Shown here in pieces: positions 22,331 to 35,900 of a stretch of 64,000 nt of DNA (the stretch's first letter is position 1; each line of letters begins with the position of its first letter). Below the pieces are notes generated by a model, which had not been told where the DNA came from, searched no databases, and saw only the letters and a list, made by a program, of their open reading frames with translations. The translations under genes and the position numbers were made by a program. The DNA comes from Macrostomum lignano (lineage: Eukaryota), in the NCBI GenBank assembly GCA_002269645.1, contig NIVC01001653.1, forward strand, positions 5,973 to 69,972, written 5' to 3'.

Positions 22331-24490
22331 ATGCCCCCTACACGGCGCAGCGTATTGAAAAAATTCCACGAATATGGCCACAGGTCGTCCATGCACGGCC
22401 TGAGCCACATGTACCACACTAACGACAACTGTCGAAAAATCTTCTGGTTCGTGCTGACCATCGTTGGCACTTTTGCCTGCTTCTTTCACGTCACCATGAC
22501 AGTGCAGAACTACTTGGAGACGCCGGTCACGTCCATTCTGATTGACGACTTAGTTAAGGCTGAGTTCCCGGATGTGACCCTGTGCAACTTGAAGCCGATG
22601 TCCGAGTCTCTGGGAGAGTACTACAAGAATGTGGTGTATCAGCACCTTAACAGCACCTTCAATTTCTTCGACAACTGGTGGCCAGAGAAGCGAAAGCGTC
22701 GAGCCAATGAGTCCCGAGTTGCGTATCATCGAAGGCTGAATGACATATTCGAACGGTTTTTGCAGATATTCTGGGTGTCGGACGACAGCCGAGACCTAGG
22801 CATGATGGACAAGGTGATGCTGCTGCACTGCTCCTTCAATGGAATTCCGTGCGGCCACAAGAACTTCAGTCTGGTGCAGAACTACCGGTACTGGAACTGC
22901 TACACGTTCAGTCCGTCGCCGCAATACAGATTCGCAAGCAGCGGTCACACGGAGGACATGGGCTTGAATCTGATTCTGTACACGGATAGCAACTTTCACG
23001 AGTCCGTCTACGAAGCAATGACTTCGTACAGCCGGAAGAAAACGGATGAAGAAGAGATGATGAAGCCGTACTCACTGCGGGAGTTAATCACTAGTGGCGA
23101 ACGCACTTTTAACCAAATCTTGTCAGGCGGTCGGTACGATATCGAAGGCATTAGGATCTGGTTGCACAGCCAGTATGACTATCCCATGCTTTGTAAGCTT
23201 GCCTATCTCAACTTTATCGCATTATTTTTCATCGTACAGATTTTCTCTCAAATCCACTTGTTTCAGCCAATACCTACATAGACCTACAGAACGGCTTCTC
23301 CGCCATGCTAGACGTCGACCAGACCAAATACGTGACGCTGAATCAGCCGGGTGAGCGCGAGTGCACCATGGCGAAGCAGCCGAACATCTGGTATGTGACC
23401 AGCTTTGGCAGCAATTCTAACGGCATTCGACGACGAAAGTACACGAGGACGGACCGCGAGTCAGTCGTGGAAGCCAAGCAGCAGTACGTCTACCGCAAGT
23501 GCCGCTGCTACTCTCACCATTTTCCATTTCAAGTGAACACCACGGAGCTCTGCTACTATGTCTCCAAGGAGCACAGCGTCAATCCGCCTGGCGAGCTGAT
23601 TAATCGGATCTCCTGTCACGACGCGTCCGTCTTGGAGGCGGAGGCCGATTCCTATAAGTATATTAAACAATTTCGGAACTTTAAGCCGTGCGAATACACA
23701 AAGTTCATCGCGTACAAGACCTCAAGCTCCTGGCCAAGAAACGATGATTATATTTCATTCATCAATGAGTACTTGCTGCCCAATTTGTACAACGGTTCGG
23801 AATACATCAACGTTGAGACAGACCAGCACTCTCATCATATTTTTAACTTTTCCGATCCTAGCGTTGTGGCAGTTCTCAATGGTTCTGAGCCACTGAGCCA
23901 CGAGGACCTGGTCATCAAGGAAATGTTCACCGGAGGCTATGGTTGCCCGAAGGATAATAAGACAGATGGCGAGCTTATCAACCGGTGGTGCATGGACAAG
24001 TCCAAACTATCATTCAACGTGCTGAGAGTCATCATCAAGCCGACTTCTCCTGCCGCAGCAAAATACGAGGAGAAATACAGCTACGAATGGCCGGAAGTGC
24101 TCTCTGAGGTAGCTTTTTCAATGCTTGCTCACCAAATTGTTTCAAATTTTTACCGTTTTTTTAGCTTTTCGAATAAATACATGGCTTTTATACCAACAGA
24201 TTGGCGGTATCTTTGGCCTGTGGGTTGGCATGAGCCTGCTGACATTCTTTGAGTTCATCGAGCTGGTGTACATAATTGCGGCAAACCGGACCGACCCACC
24301 CTCTGTGCTGCGCATCGATCAGAATTTGGCGCCGGAGCAGCTCGAGCAGCCGCTGAACCGCATCAATATTGATGAAATCGAGCTGACTGCCGGAGCAAAG
24401 TCGGAGCAGAATGCTGCGGAGGTGGTGAAGTCCGACGAAAATGATGGAGAGGCCAAGGAGGAGCCAGAAAATCACAGCAACGTCGTCTGA
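22331..24490 (+). CDS. DEG/ENaC-family channel, paralog 2; exons 22331..23192, 23267..24108, 24200..24490
   Basis: Same motifs and same intron positions and phases as paralog 1 (SSMHG, FPDVTLCN, LSE|IGGIFGLWVGMS). Confidence 0.95.
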
Positions 24491-24503
24491 CAGACAGAAA
24501 GAC

Positions 24504-24564
<61 letters not shown>

Positions 24565-24588
24565 GGACAGACAGACAGACAGACACTA

Positions 24589-24639
<51 letters not shown>
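24489..24639. repeat. (GACA)n microsatellite, left part
   Basis: Begins within the TGA stop of paralog 2; interrupted by gypsy element 2. Confidence 0.95.
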
Positions 24640-27600
24640 TGTTATTGCCACCTAGTTGAATTAGCCTAGCAGGGCGGTGCCTGTTCCCAGCGCTCTCTCT
24701 CTCTCTCGCCCGCTCTGTCCTAATCAATAGCGTAGCAATGTACATGTTCATGAATGTACGCATCGTTCACTGTCACCTAAGAAATATATATATATTGGGC
24801 CCACGGCCATATGGGGCCTTAAGCCTTTCGTTTCGCGCTCACACTGCCGCCTTCACTATCGCAGTCTTTACAGTGGCATCGCAAGCAGAGCTTACCCCTA
24901 CGGTTAGCCACAATGGCGCATTTCATCTCCCTGCCACCGCCTGAGCAATTCAGCACAAACACTGATCAACAAAACATCTCTAAACGGTGGAGCGTGTGGG
25001 CCGATCGCTTCCGCGACTTTATCGACGCATCCGGAATTACGGCCGAAACTCTGAAGTGCAAACTGCTGTCCTACACGGCAGGCAGGGAGATCGCCCAAAT
25101 CGTCAAGGACCTGCCGGACGACAAGAAAGACAGCCTCAGCAACTTGCTGGCCGCTCTTACAGCACACTTTGACGAACGCAAGAGTATCGTCTTCGCCCGC
25201 TACCAGTTCAGACTTTGCGTGCAGCAGACTGGAGAGCCAGTGGACGCCTGGTACGCTAGACTAAAGGCAGCTGCTGAAGCCTGCGAGTTCTCCACCCTGA
25301 AGGATTCTCTCATTAGAGACCAGATCGTCGCAACTTGCTGCTCCGACAAGCTCAGACGGCGACTGCTCCAGGAGAGCAACATCGCATTGAACGATGCTCT
25401 CAGACAGGCTCGGGCACTAGAAGCCGCGGAAGAGCAGGCCACAGCCATGGAGAGCAGCAGCAGCAGCATCGCGGCCATTCACAAGTCGGCATCAAACCAG
25501 CGCAGAGACCAGCCACAGCTAAACGGCCAGAGGCCGACATTCGCCTCCAACACCACCTGCTACCGCTGTGGAGAGCGCGGCCACAGCAGCTGCGGCGCCG
25601 CGAAAGGGAAGACCTGCTCGTCATGCGGCAAGCCCAACCACCTCGCAAAGGCCTGCAGGCAACGCCGGCAGCAGAACTCTTCCAGCATCAACGTGGTTGC
25701 AAACAACACGGACGGCAGCTCAATCTATGTCTCGCCCGACAACCTCACCGAAGAAGCATTCACGATACAGACGCCGGCTGCGTCGTCAGGGCAGAGATCG
25801 GCCAACATGCGCCTGCAGATCGAAGGGAAAGAATTCAACGTGCTGGTCGACAGCGGCGCGAGCTGCAATGTCATGAGCGAGCAGAACTTCCAACACCTGC
25901 AGCACGTTCCCCTGCGTGGCGCCACCCAGCAGATCTTCAGCTATGGCTCATCAACACCGCTGCAAGTGCTTGGCCTTGCCGATCTAGCTCTCCGCACCGA
26001 CTCAGATGAGCTACAAGCCCCGTTTTTCATCACCAAGGGCAGTGGCATCACTCTGCTTGGGCGCAACACCGCCTTCGACATGGGAATCCTACACATCCAG
26101 CAGCCGGCCCGACAGATCAACGCTGTGAAACCTCGTGACAGCGCCGAATCCTCGACATTGAAGAAGCTACTCGCCAAACACGATCAAAATCTGGACAACG
26201 ACCTACAACCGGACTTACGGTTAGGCAACATACTTTGCGAGTTCCAGCCAGTTTTTGAAGGCCTTGGCCGGGTCAAGGACGTTGAAGTCGACGTTCGGCT
26301 GCGCCCCGAAGCCGTGCCAGTGTGCCATCCACCGTCCAGGATACCCGTCCACCAGCGACAGGCCGTCATCGACGAGCTACAGCTCCTGCTAGATGAAGGC
26401 ATCATCGAGCGCGTGCATTTGCCTTCACCGTGGGTCTCCCGGATGGTTGTCGTGCCAAAGGAGTCTGGCGGCATTCGTATTTGCCAGGATCTTGGCAATG
26501 TGAACTCTTTTGCCGTGCCGGAAAAGCAGCCGATCCCGACCTTCGAGGAAATCACTGACGACATGGCGGGCTCGACCGTATTTAGCGAGTTAGACATCAC
26601 GAAAGCCTTTCACCAGATCCCCGTGAGCCCGGAGTCCCGCCACCTCTTCACCTTCAGCACCCCGCTGGGCCTCATGCGACTCACCAGGCTCAGCATGGGT
26701 TTCACCAACGCGTCGGAGGTGCTGCAGAGAGTCATGACGGGAGTCCTCAGCGGCCTAAATGGTGTCAGGTGGGCCCACGACGATATCACGATCTTCGCGC
26801 GCAACATGGCCGAACACAACAGCCGTTTGAAGGCGTGCCTCCAGCGCCTCAGAGACCACGGGATCACCCTTAACCCCGATAAGTGCCGTCTCGCCCAACC
26901 TTCCATCGAATTTCTCGGAATGCGCATCAGCGCCAGCGGCGTCCAGCCAACAGAGGAGAAAATAAAGGCGCTCAAGGCCTTCAAGGAGCCCACGAACACA
27001 TCGGAGCTACGCTCATTCCTTGGGCTGGCAACCTACCTGTCAAGGTTCATTCCTAACTTCTCCGACCTGACTCAACCGATGCGAGAGCTGCTCAAGAAGG
27101 GGCCACGTCTGGAGCTGGACGGACAAGCAGCAAGAAGCCTTCAAGCAAACTAGGGCCGCCATTTGTTCAGAAAACATTCTGGCCTTCTTCGACGTCAACA
27201 TGGAGACGGAGGTGCACGTGGACGCCTCGCCGGTCGGCCTCGGCGCTATCCTGAGCCAGACGGACAAGAGAGGAGTCCGCAGACCTATCGCCTTCGCCAG
27301 CAGATCGCTGACGGCCGTCGAGCAACGGTATGCTCAGATAGAGCGGGAGGCACTTGCTGTGAAGTTTGGCTGCCTCCGATTCGAGCACTACCTCAGCGGC
27401 TGCCCAAGGTTCACCATCGTGACAGACCACCGCCCGCTGGTACCACTCTTCCAGCCGGGGTCTCGGCCGCCGCCCAGAATCGAGCGTATGGCACTGAGAG
27501 TGCAGCACCTCAGCTTCAACATCATCTACCAGCCCGGGCCGCAAAACCCAGCCGACGTGCTCAGCAGGCAGCCGCAAATGCAGACAACCGACAACACCGG

Positions 27601-29247
27601 CGAAGTGCTCGACCGGCAGTTCATCAACGCCATCGCCCTCGGATCAACGCCACAAGGTCTCAGCTTCGAGTCAATCAAGCAGGCGGCCAGGCTCGACGGT
27701 GTCACTCAGGCAGCCATTTCGGCACTTCAGACCAACCAGTGGACCAGCAACGACCATGAGCTCCGTGCGCTTGCCTGCATCCGGCAAGAACTGTCGGCCC
27801 ACGACGGCGTTCTGCTTCGCGGTTCTTCGATCATCGTGCCAGCGAGTCTTCGGCGAGTAGTACTCATGCTGGCGCACAAAGGCCATCAGTGCTGGCGGAA
27901 AACGCTAGACCGGCTTCAAACGAAGGTGTGGTGGCCAGGCATGAGGGGCGACTGCCAGGTCTTCGTGCAAAGCTGCCTCGCCTGCCAAGCAACGTCGCCT
28001 AAAACGACCAATCCGCCACCTCTTCAGCCCTCGCAGCTCCCCGACGGAGCCTGGCTCGTCCTCGGCATGGACTTCTACGGTCCGGTGCAGGACAAAATGC
28101 TGCTAGTGACAACAGACCTTTACTCAAAGTTTCCAGAGATCAACATCGTCAGTTCGACCTCCGCAGAGGCTGTGCTGCCACACCTGAAAACTCTCTTCAG
28201 CAGGTACGGCATCCCACAAGAAATCATCAGCGACAACGGCCCACCCTTCAATTCTGCAGAGTTCCACAACTTTCTCGCTGAGCAAGGCGTCAAGCACCGC
28301 CGCATCTGCCCGCTGCACCCGGAGGCCAACGGAGCGACCGAGCGCGTCAACCGATGCGTCAACAAGGTCGTCAGGGCGGCCATCGCCGAAGGCCGCAGCT
28401 GGCGCAGTGCCCTAGACGACTGGCTCCTCGCATACCGCGTCACTCCTCATTCGGCAACCGGAGTCGCGCCGGCCGAATTGCTAATGGGCCGGACCTTCAA
28501 CGACACCGTCCCGTCGGCGCGCCCCTCGCAGCCCGTGTACCATCATCGCACACAGCTGACCCAGCGACACTCGGCCTACACCAGAGCGATGGCCAGGGAC
28601 TTCAACCGTTCCCGGAGGGCCAAGGCCTGCAGCGTGAGGCCGGGTACTGCGGTGCTACGGAGGCGAAATCAGCGAACAAAGACTCAGACACCCTTCGAGG
28701 TCGAGCCCTGGACCGTCGTGGACAGGCGGGGTGACTCCTACGTGCTACAACAGGGCGACCGCACCTGCACTCGACACCTGACGCACATCCGCCCGCTGGT
28801 GGCGGCAGAGGGCGCTGCGGCGAACGCGGAACCGACGCCGCCAGAATGCGGCATTGCCCATCGGCCGCATCCCCGCGCAGCCAAAGACAAGCCAATCAGC
28901 TACAAGGACTGATTTGGGGTTGGGGCTGATTAAGGACTGGAACTATTGTACGAGTACTTCGATGACTGTCATTCGAGCTTTTATCCCCTCTTTGTTTCTT
29001 TCTGCTTTGGGAGAAGTGTTATTGCCACCTAGTTGAATTAGCCTAGCAGGGCGGTGCCTGTTCCCAGCGCTCTCTCTCTCTCGCCCGCTCTGTCCTAATC
29101 AATAGCGTAGCAATGTACATGTTCATGAATGTACGCATCGTTCACTGTCACCTAAGAAATATATATATATTGGGCCCACGGCCATATGGGGCCTTAAGCC
29201 TTTCGTTTCGCGCTCACACTGCCGCCTTCACTATCGCAGTATTTACA
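24640..29247 (+). mobile_element. Ty3/gypsy (Mag-like) LTR retrotransposon 2, full length
   Basis: TG...CA LTRs 24640..24872 (233 bp) and 29017..29247 (231 bp) differ by one CT unit and one substitution; TSD ACAGA (24635-24639 and 29248-29252); PBS TGGCATCGCAAGCAG at 24874; PPT GGGAGAAG before the 3' LTR. Confidence 0.96.
24913..28912 (+). CDS. Gag-Pol of gypsy element 2, split by a +1 G in the G4 run at 27099-27102
   Basis: Colinear with element 1 (LVDSGASC, WAHDD, VDASPVGLGAIL, HKGH...CLAC, DFYGP, SDNGPPF). Removing one G gives KKGHVWSWTDKQQEAF, which aligns with KKGQAWEWTEKHTAAF of element 1. Confidence 0.93.
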
Positions 29248-29390
29248 ACAGACAGACAGACAGACAGACAGACACTAAGACAGACAGACAAACAGACAGA
29301 CAGAAAGACAGACAGAAAGACAGACAGACAGACAGAAAGACAGACAGACAGATAGACAGACAGACAGAAAGACAGACAGACCAGACAGCC
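29248..29390. repeat. (GACA)n/(GAAA GACA) microsatellite, right part
   Basis: Continuation of the tract after the 3' LTR. Confidence 0.9.
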
Positions 29391-29953
29391 TGTCCGCATC
29401 GCATCTCGGATTGTCAATCGCGCAGTGACGCATGCACTTCACAATGACCTTCCGCCTTTAGGCACCTCCATGGTAAAAACGGAAATAGCTAACTGAGCTT
29501 CCAACATTTGTCGGCGATGAGCAAGGCTAGCAGAGCAAAACTAAGAAATGCAGACTCATCTCTCAATGCAAGACTGCATCCATGTATTTTTTCACATCAA
29601 ACTCAACAAACATTATTATCTCACTGCTATTAACTCGATTAAGCATTGATTTTTGTTTTGTCTCTTTTTCAGAGACTCAAATTATAACAGTAAGTAAATA
29701 TAGATTACATATTCAGGTACAACCAGTCAGAAAAAAATTTAGTCTCAACCTTCAACTTGTACCAACTGCTAGGTTATAAAAACTACGGAATTGTTCTTTG
29801 TACTTCTTGAGCTCTCGAGTGCAAGGCAATACTGATGCCGCAATACAGAAAGACAACGGTGGCCTGCGACTGATGCACAATGAGAAAAGCCTAGGCTTTA
29901 AGTTCTAAAGCTCGTGGAGTTCACGGATGCAAGGCGAGTGACAGGGGCACATG

Positions 29954-32900
29954 CTTGTGAATGAAAGAGTCTAGATCTACTTGTAAACGGCCAAGTCTAG
30001 ATCTACTTGTGAATGACCGAGTCTAGATCTACTTGTGAATGACCGAGTCTAGATCTACTTGTGAATGAGTCTAGATCTACTTGTGAATGACCGAGTCTAG
30101 ATCTACTTGTGAATGACCGTGTCTAGATCTAATTGTGAACGGCCGAGTCTAGATCTAATTGTGAATGGCCGAGTCTAGATCTACTTGTGAATGACCGAGT
30201 CTAGATCTACTTGTGAATGACCGAGTCTAGATCTACTTGTGAATGACCGAGTCTAGATCTACTTGTGAATGACCGAGTCTAGATCTACTTGTGAATGCCG
30301 AGTCTAGATCTACTTGTGAATGACCGAGTCTAGATCTACTTGTGAATGACCGAGTCTAGATCTACTTGTGAATGACCGAGTCTAGATCTACTTGTGAATG
30401 ACCGAGTCTAGATCTACTTGTGAATGACCGAGTCTAGATCTACTTGTGAATGACCGAGTCTAGATCTACTTGTGAATGACCGAGTCTAGATCTACTTGTG
30501 AATGACCGAGTCTAGATCTACTTGTGAATGACCGAGTCTAGATCTACTTGTGAATGACCGAGTCTAGATCTACTTGTGAATGACCGAGTCTAGATCTACT
30601 TGTGAATGACCGAGTCTAGATCTACTTGTGAATGACCGAGTCTAGATCTACTTGTGAATGCCGAGTCTAGATCTACTTGTGAATGGCCGAGTCTAGATCT
30701 ACTTGTGAACGGCCGAGTCTAGATCTACTTGTGAACGGCCGAGTCTAGATCTACTTGTGAACGGCCGAGTCTAGATCTACTTGTGAACGGCCGAGTCTAG
30801 ATCTACTTGTGAACGGCCGAGTCTAGATCTACTTGTGAACGGCCGAGTCTAGATCTACTTGTGAACGGCCGAGTCTAGATCTACTTGTGAATGGCCGAGT
30901 CTAGATCTACTTGTGAATGGCCGAGTCTAGATCTACTTGTGAACGGCCGAGTCTAGATCTACTTGTGAATGGCCGAGTCTAGATCTACTTGTGAATGACC
31001 GAGTCTAGATCTACTTGTGAATGACCGAGTCTAGATCTACTTGTGAATGCCGAGTCTAGATCTACTTGTGAATGGCCGAGTCTAGATCTACTTGTGAATG
31101 GCCGAGTCTAGATCTACTTGTGAATGCCGAGTCTAGATCTACTTGTGAATGCCGAGTCTAGATCTACTTGTGAATGCCGAGTCTAGATCTACTTGTGAAT
31201 GGCCGAGTCTAGATCTACTTGTGAATGGCCGAGTCTAGATCTACTTGTGAATGGCCGAGTCTAGATCTACTTGTGAATGGCCGAGTCTAGATCTACTTGT
31301 GAATGGCCGAGTCTAGATCTACTTGTGAATGGCCGAGTCTAGATCTACTTGTGAATGCCGAGTCTAGATCTACTTGTGAATGCCGAGTCTAGATCTACTT
31401 GTGAATGCCGAGTCTAGATCTACTTGTGAATGACCGAGTCTAGATCTACTTGTGAATGACCGAGTCTAGATCTACTTGTGAATGACCGAGTCTAGATCTA
31501 CTTGTGAATGACCGAGTCTAGATCTACTTGTGAATGACCGAGTCTAGATCTACTTGTGAATGACCGAGTCTAGATCTACTTGTGAATGACCGAGTCTAGA
31601 TCTACTTGTGAATGACCGAGTCTAGATCTACTTGTGAATGACCGAGTCTAGATCTACTTGTGAATGCCGAGTCTAGATCTACTTGTGAATGCCGAGTCTA
31701 GATCTACTTGTGAATGACCGAGTCTAGATCTACTTGTGAATGACCGAGTCTAGATCTACTTGTGAATGACCGAGTCTAGATCTACTTGTGAATGACCGAG
31801 TCTAGATCTACTTGTGAATGACCGAGTCTAGATCTACTTGTGAATGACCGAGTCTAGATCTACTTGTGAATGACCGAGTCTAGATCTACTTGTGAATGAC
31901 CGAGTCTAGATCTACTTGTGAATGCCGAGTCTAGATCTACTTGTGAATGACCGAGTCTAGATCTACTTGTGAATGACCGAGTCTAGATCTACTTGTGAAT
32001 GACCGAGTCTAGATCTACTTGTGAATGCCGAGTCTAGATCTACTTGTGAATGGCCGAGTCTAGATCTACTTGTGAACGGCCGAGTCTAGATCTACTTGTG
32101 AACGGCCGAGTCTAGATCTACTTGTGAACGGCCGAGTCTAGATCTACTTGTGAACGGCCGAGTCTAGATCTACTTGTGAACGGCCGAGTCTAGATCTACT
32201 TGTGAACGGCCGAGTCTAGATCTACTTGTGAACGGCCGAGTCTAGATCTACTTGTGAACGGCCGAGTCTAGATCTACTTGTGAACGGCCGAGTCTAGATC
32301 TACTTGTGAACGGCCGAGTCTAGATCTACTTGTGAATGGCCGAGTCTAGATCTACTTGTGAACGGCCGAGTCTAGATCTACTTGTGAACGGCCGAGTCTA
32401 GATCTACTTGTGAATGCCGAGTCTAGATCTACTTGTGAATGACCGAGTCTAGATCTACTTGTGAATGACCGAGTCTAGATCTACTTGTGAATGACCGAGT
32501 CTAGATCTACTTGTGAATGACCGAGTCTAGATCTACTTGTGAATGACCGAGTCTAGATCTAATTGTGAATGCCGAGTCTAGATCTAATTGTGAATGCCGA
32601 GTCTAGATCTACTTGTGAATGACCGAGTCTAGATCTACTTGTGAATGACCGAGTCTAGATCTACTTGTGAATGACCGAGTCTAGATCTACTTGTGAATGA
32701 CCGAGTCTAGATCTACTTGTGAATGACCGAGTCTAGATCTACTTGTGAATGGCCGAGTCTAGATCTACTTGTGAATGACCGAGTCTAGATCTACTTGTGA
32801 ATGACCGAGTCTAGATCTACTTGTGAATGACCGAGTCTAGATCTACTTGTGAATGACCGAGTCTAGATCTACTTGTGAATGACCGAGTCTAGATCTACTT

Positions 32901-35900
32901 GTGAATGACCGAGTCTAGATCTACTTGTGAATGACCGAGTCTAGATCTACTTGTGAATGACCGAGTCTAGATCTACTTGTGAATGACCGAGTCTAGATCT
33001 ACTTGTGAATGACCGAGTCTAGATCTACTTGTGAATGACCGAGTCTAGATCTACTTGTGAATGACCGAGTCTAGATCTACTTGTGAATGCCGAGTCTAGA
33101 TCTACTTGTGAATGACCGAGTCTAGATCTACTTGTGAATGCCGAGTCTAGATCTACTTGTGAACGGCCGAGTCTAGATCTACTTGTGAACGGCCGAGTCT
33201 AGATCTACTTGTGAATGCCGAGTCTAGATCTACTTGTGAATGCCGAGTCTAGATCTACTTGTGAATGCCGAGTCTAGATCTACTTGTGAACGGCCGAGTC
33301 TAGATCTACTTGTGAATGCCGAGTCTAGATCTACTTGTGAATGGCCGAGTCTAGATCTACTTGTGAACGGCCGAGTCTAGATCTACTTGTGAATGCCGAG
33401 TCTAGATCTACTTGTGAATGCCGAGTCTAGATCTACTTGTGAACGGCCGAGTCTAGATCTACTTGTGAACGGCCGAGTCTAGATCTACTTGTGAACGGCC
33501 GAGTCTAGATCTACTTGTGAACGGCCGAGTCTAGATCTACTTGTGAATGGCCGAGTCTAGATCTACTTGTGAATGGCCGAGTCTAGATCTACTTGTGAAT
33601 GCCGAGTCTAGATCTACTTGTGAATGCCGAGTCTAGATCTACTTGTGAATGCCGAGTCTAGATCTACTTGTGAATGACCGAGTCTAGATCTACTTGTGAA
33701 TGACCGAGTCTAGATCTACTTGTGAATGCCGAGTCTAGATCTACTTGTGAATGACCGAGTCTAGATCTACTTGTGAATGACCGAGTCTAGATCTATTGTG
33801 AATGACCGAGTCTAGATCTACTTGTGAATGCCGAGTCTAGATCTACTTGTGAATGACCGAGTCTAGATCTACTTGTGAATGACCGAGTCTAGATCTACTT
33901 GTGAATGACCGAGTCTAGATCTACTTGTGAATGACCGAGTCTAGATCTACTTGTGAATGACCGAGTCTAGATCTACTTGTGAATGACCGAGTCTAGATCT
34001 ACTTGTGAATGACCGAGTCTAGATCTACTTGTGAATGACCGAGTCTAGATCTACTTGTGAATGACCGAGTCTAGATCTACTTGTGAATGACCGAGTCTAG
34101 ATCTACTTGTGAATGACCGAGTCTAGATCTACTTGTGAATGACCGAGTCTAGATCTACTTGTGAATGACCGAGTCTAGATCTACTTGTGAATGACCGAGT
34201 CTAGATCTACTTGTGAATGACCGAGTCTAGATCTACTTGTGAATGCCGAGTCTAGATCTACTTGTGAATGACCGAGTCTAGATCTACTTGTGAATGACCG
34301 AGTCTAGATCTACTTGTGAATGACCGAGTCTAGATCTACTTGTGAATGCCGAGTCTAGATCTACTTGTGAATGGCCGAGTCTAGATCTACTTGTGAATGG
34401 CCGAGTCTAGATCTACTTGTGAACGGCCGAGTCTAGATCTACTTGTGAACGGCCGAGTCTAGATCTACTTGTGAACGGCCGAGTCTAGATCTACTTGTGA
34501 ATGCCGAGTCTAGATCTACTTGTGAACGGCCGAGTCTAGATCTACTTGTGAACGGCCGAGTCTAGATCTACTTGTGAACGGCCGAGTCTAGATCTACTTG
34601 TGAACGGCCGAGTCTAGATCTACTTGTGAATGCCGAGTCTAGATCTACTTGTGAATGACCGAGTCTAGATCTACTTGTGAATGCCGAGTCTAGATCTACT
34701 TGTGAATGCCGAGTCTAGATCTACTTGTGAATGACCGAGTCTAGATCTACTTGTGAATGCCGAGTCTAGATCTACTTGTGAATGACCGAGTCTAGATCTA
34801 CTTGTGAATGACCGAGTCTAGATCTACTTGTGAATGACCGAGTCTAGATCTACTTGTGAATGACCGAGTCTAGATCTACTTGTGAATGACCGAGTCTAGA
34901 TCTACTTGTGAATGACCGAGTCTAGATCTACTTGTGAATGACCGAGTCTAGATCTACTTGTGAATGACCGAGTCTAGATCTACTTGTGAATGACCGAGTC
35001 TAGATCTACTTGTGAATGACCGAGTCTAGATCTACTTGTGAATGCCGAGTCTAGATCTACTTGTGAATGACCGAGTCTAGATCTACTTGTGAATGACCGA
35101 GTCTAGATCTACTTGTGAATGACCGAGTCTAGATCTACTTGTGAATGACCGAGTCTAGATCTACTTGTGAATGCCGAGTCTAGATCTACTTGTGAATGAC
35201 CGAGTCTAGATCTACTTGTGAATGCCGAGTCTAGATCTACTTGTGAATGCCGAGTCTAGATCTACTTGTGAACGGCCGAGTCTAGATCTACTTGTGAATG
35301 CCGAGTCTAGATCTACTTGTGAATGACCGAGTCTAGATCTACTTGTGAACGGCCGAGTCTAGATCTACTTGTGAACGGCCGAGTCTAGATCTACTTGTGA
35401 ATGCCGAGTCTAGATCTACTTGTGAACGGCCGAGTCTAGATCTACTTGTGAACGGCCGAGTCTAGATCTACTTGTGAACGGCCGAGTCTAGATCTACTTG
35501 TGAACGGCCGAGTCTAGATCTACTTGTGAATGCCGAGTCTAGATCTACTTGTGAATGCCGAGTCTAGATCTACTTGTGAATGACCGAGTCTAGATCTACT
35601 TGTGAATGCCGAGTCTAGATCTACTTGTGAATGACCGAGTCTAGATCTACTTGTGAATGACCGAGTCTAGATCTACTTGTGAATGACCGAGTCTAGATCT
35701 ACTTGTGAATGACCGAGTCTAGATCTACTTGTGAATGACCGAGTCTAGATCTACTTGTGAATGCCGAGTCTAGATCTACTTGTGAATGACCGAGTCTAGA
35801 TCTACTTGTGAATGACCGAGTCTAGATCTACTTGTGAATGCCGAGTCTAGATCTACTTGTGAACGGCCGAGTCTAGATCTACTTGTGAATGGCCGAGTCT

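Noticed and set aside
24188-24763. (VCLS)n and (TDRQ)n ORFs, also at 29113-29417
   Set aside because: Translations of the (GACA)n microsatellite and LTR sequence.
27099-27200. Programmed ribosomal frameshift in gypsy element 2
   Set aside because: The break is between RT and RNase H, not at gag/pol; there is no slippery heptamer; element 1 is continuous here; one extra G explains it.
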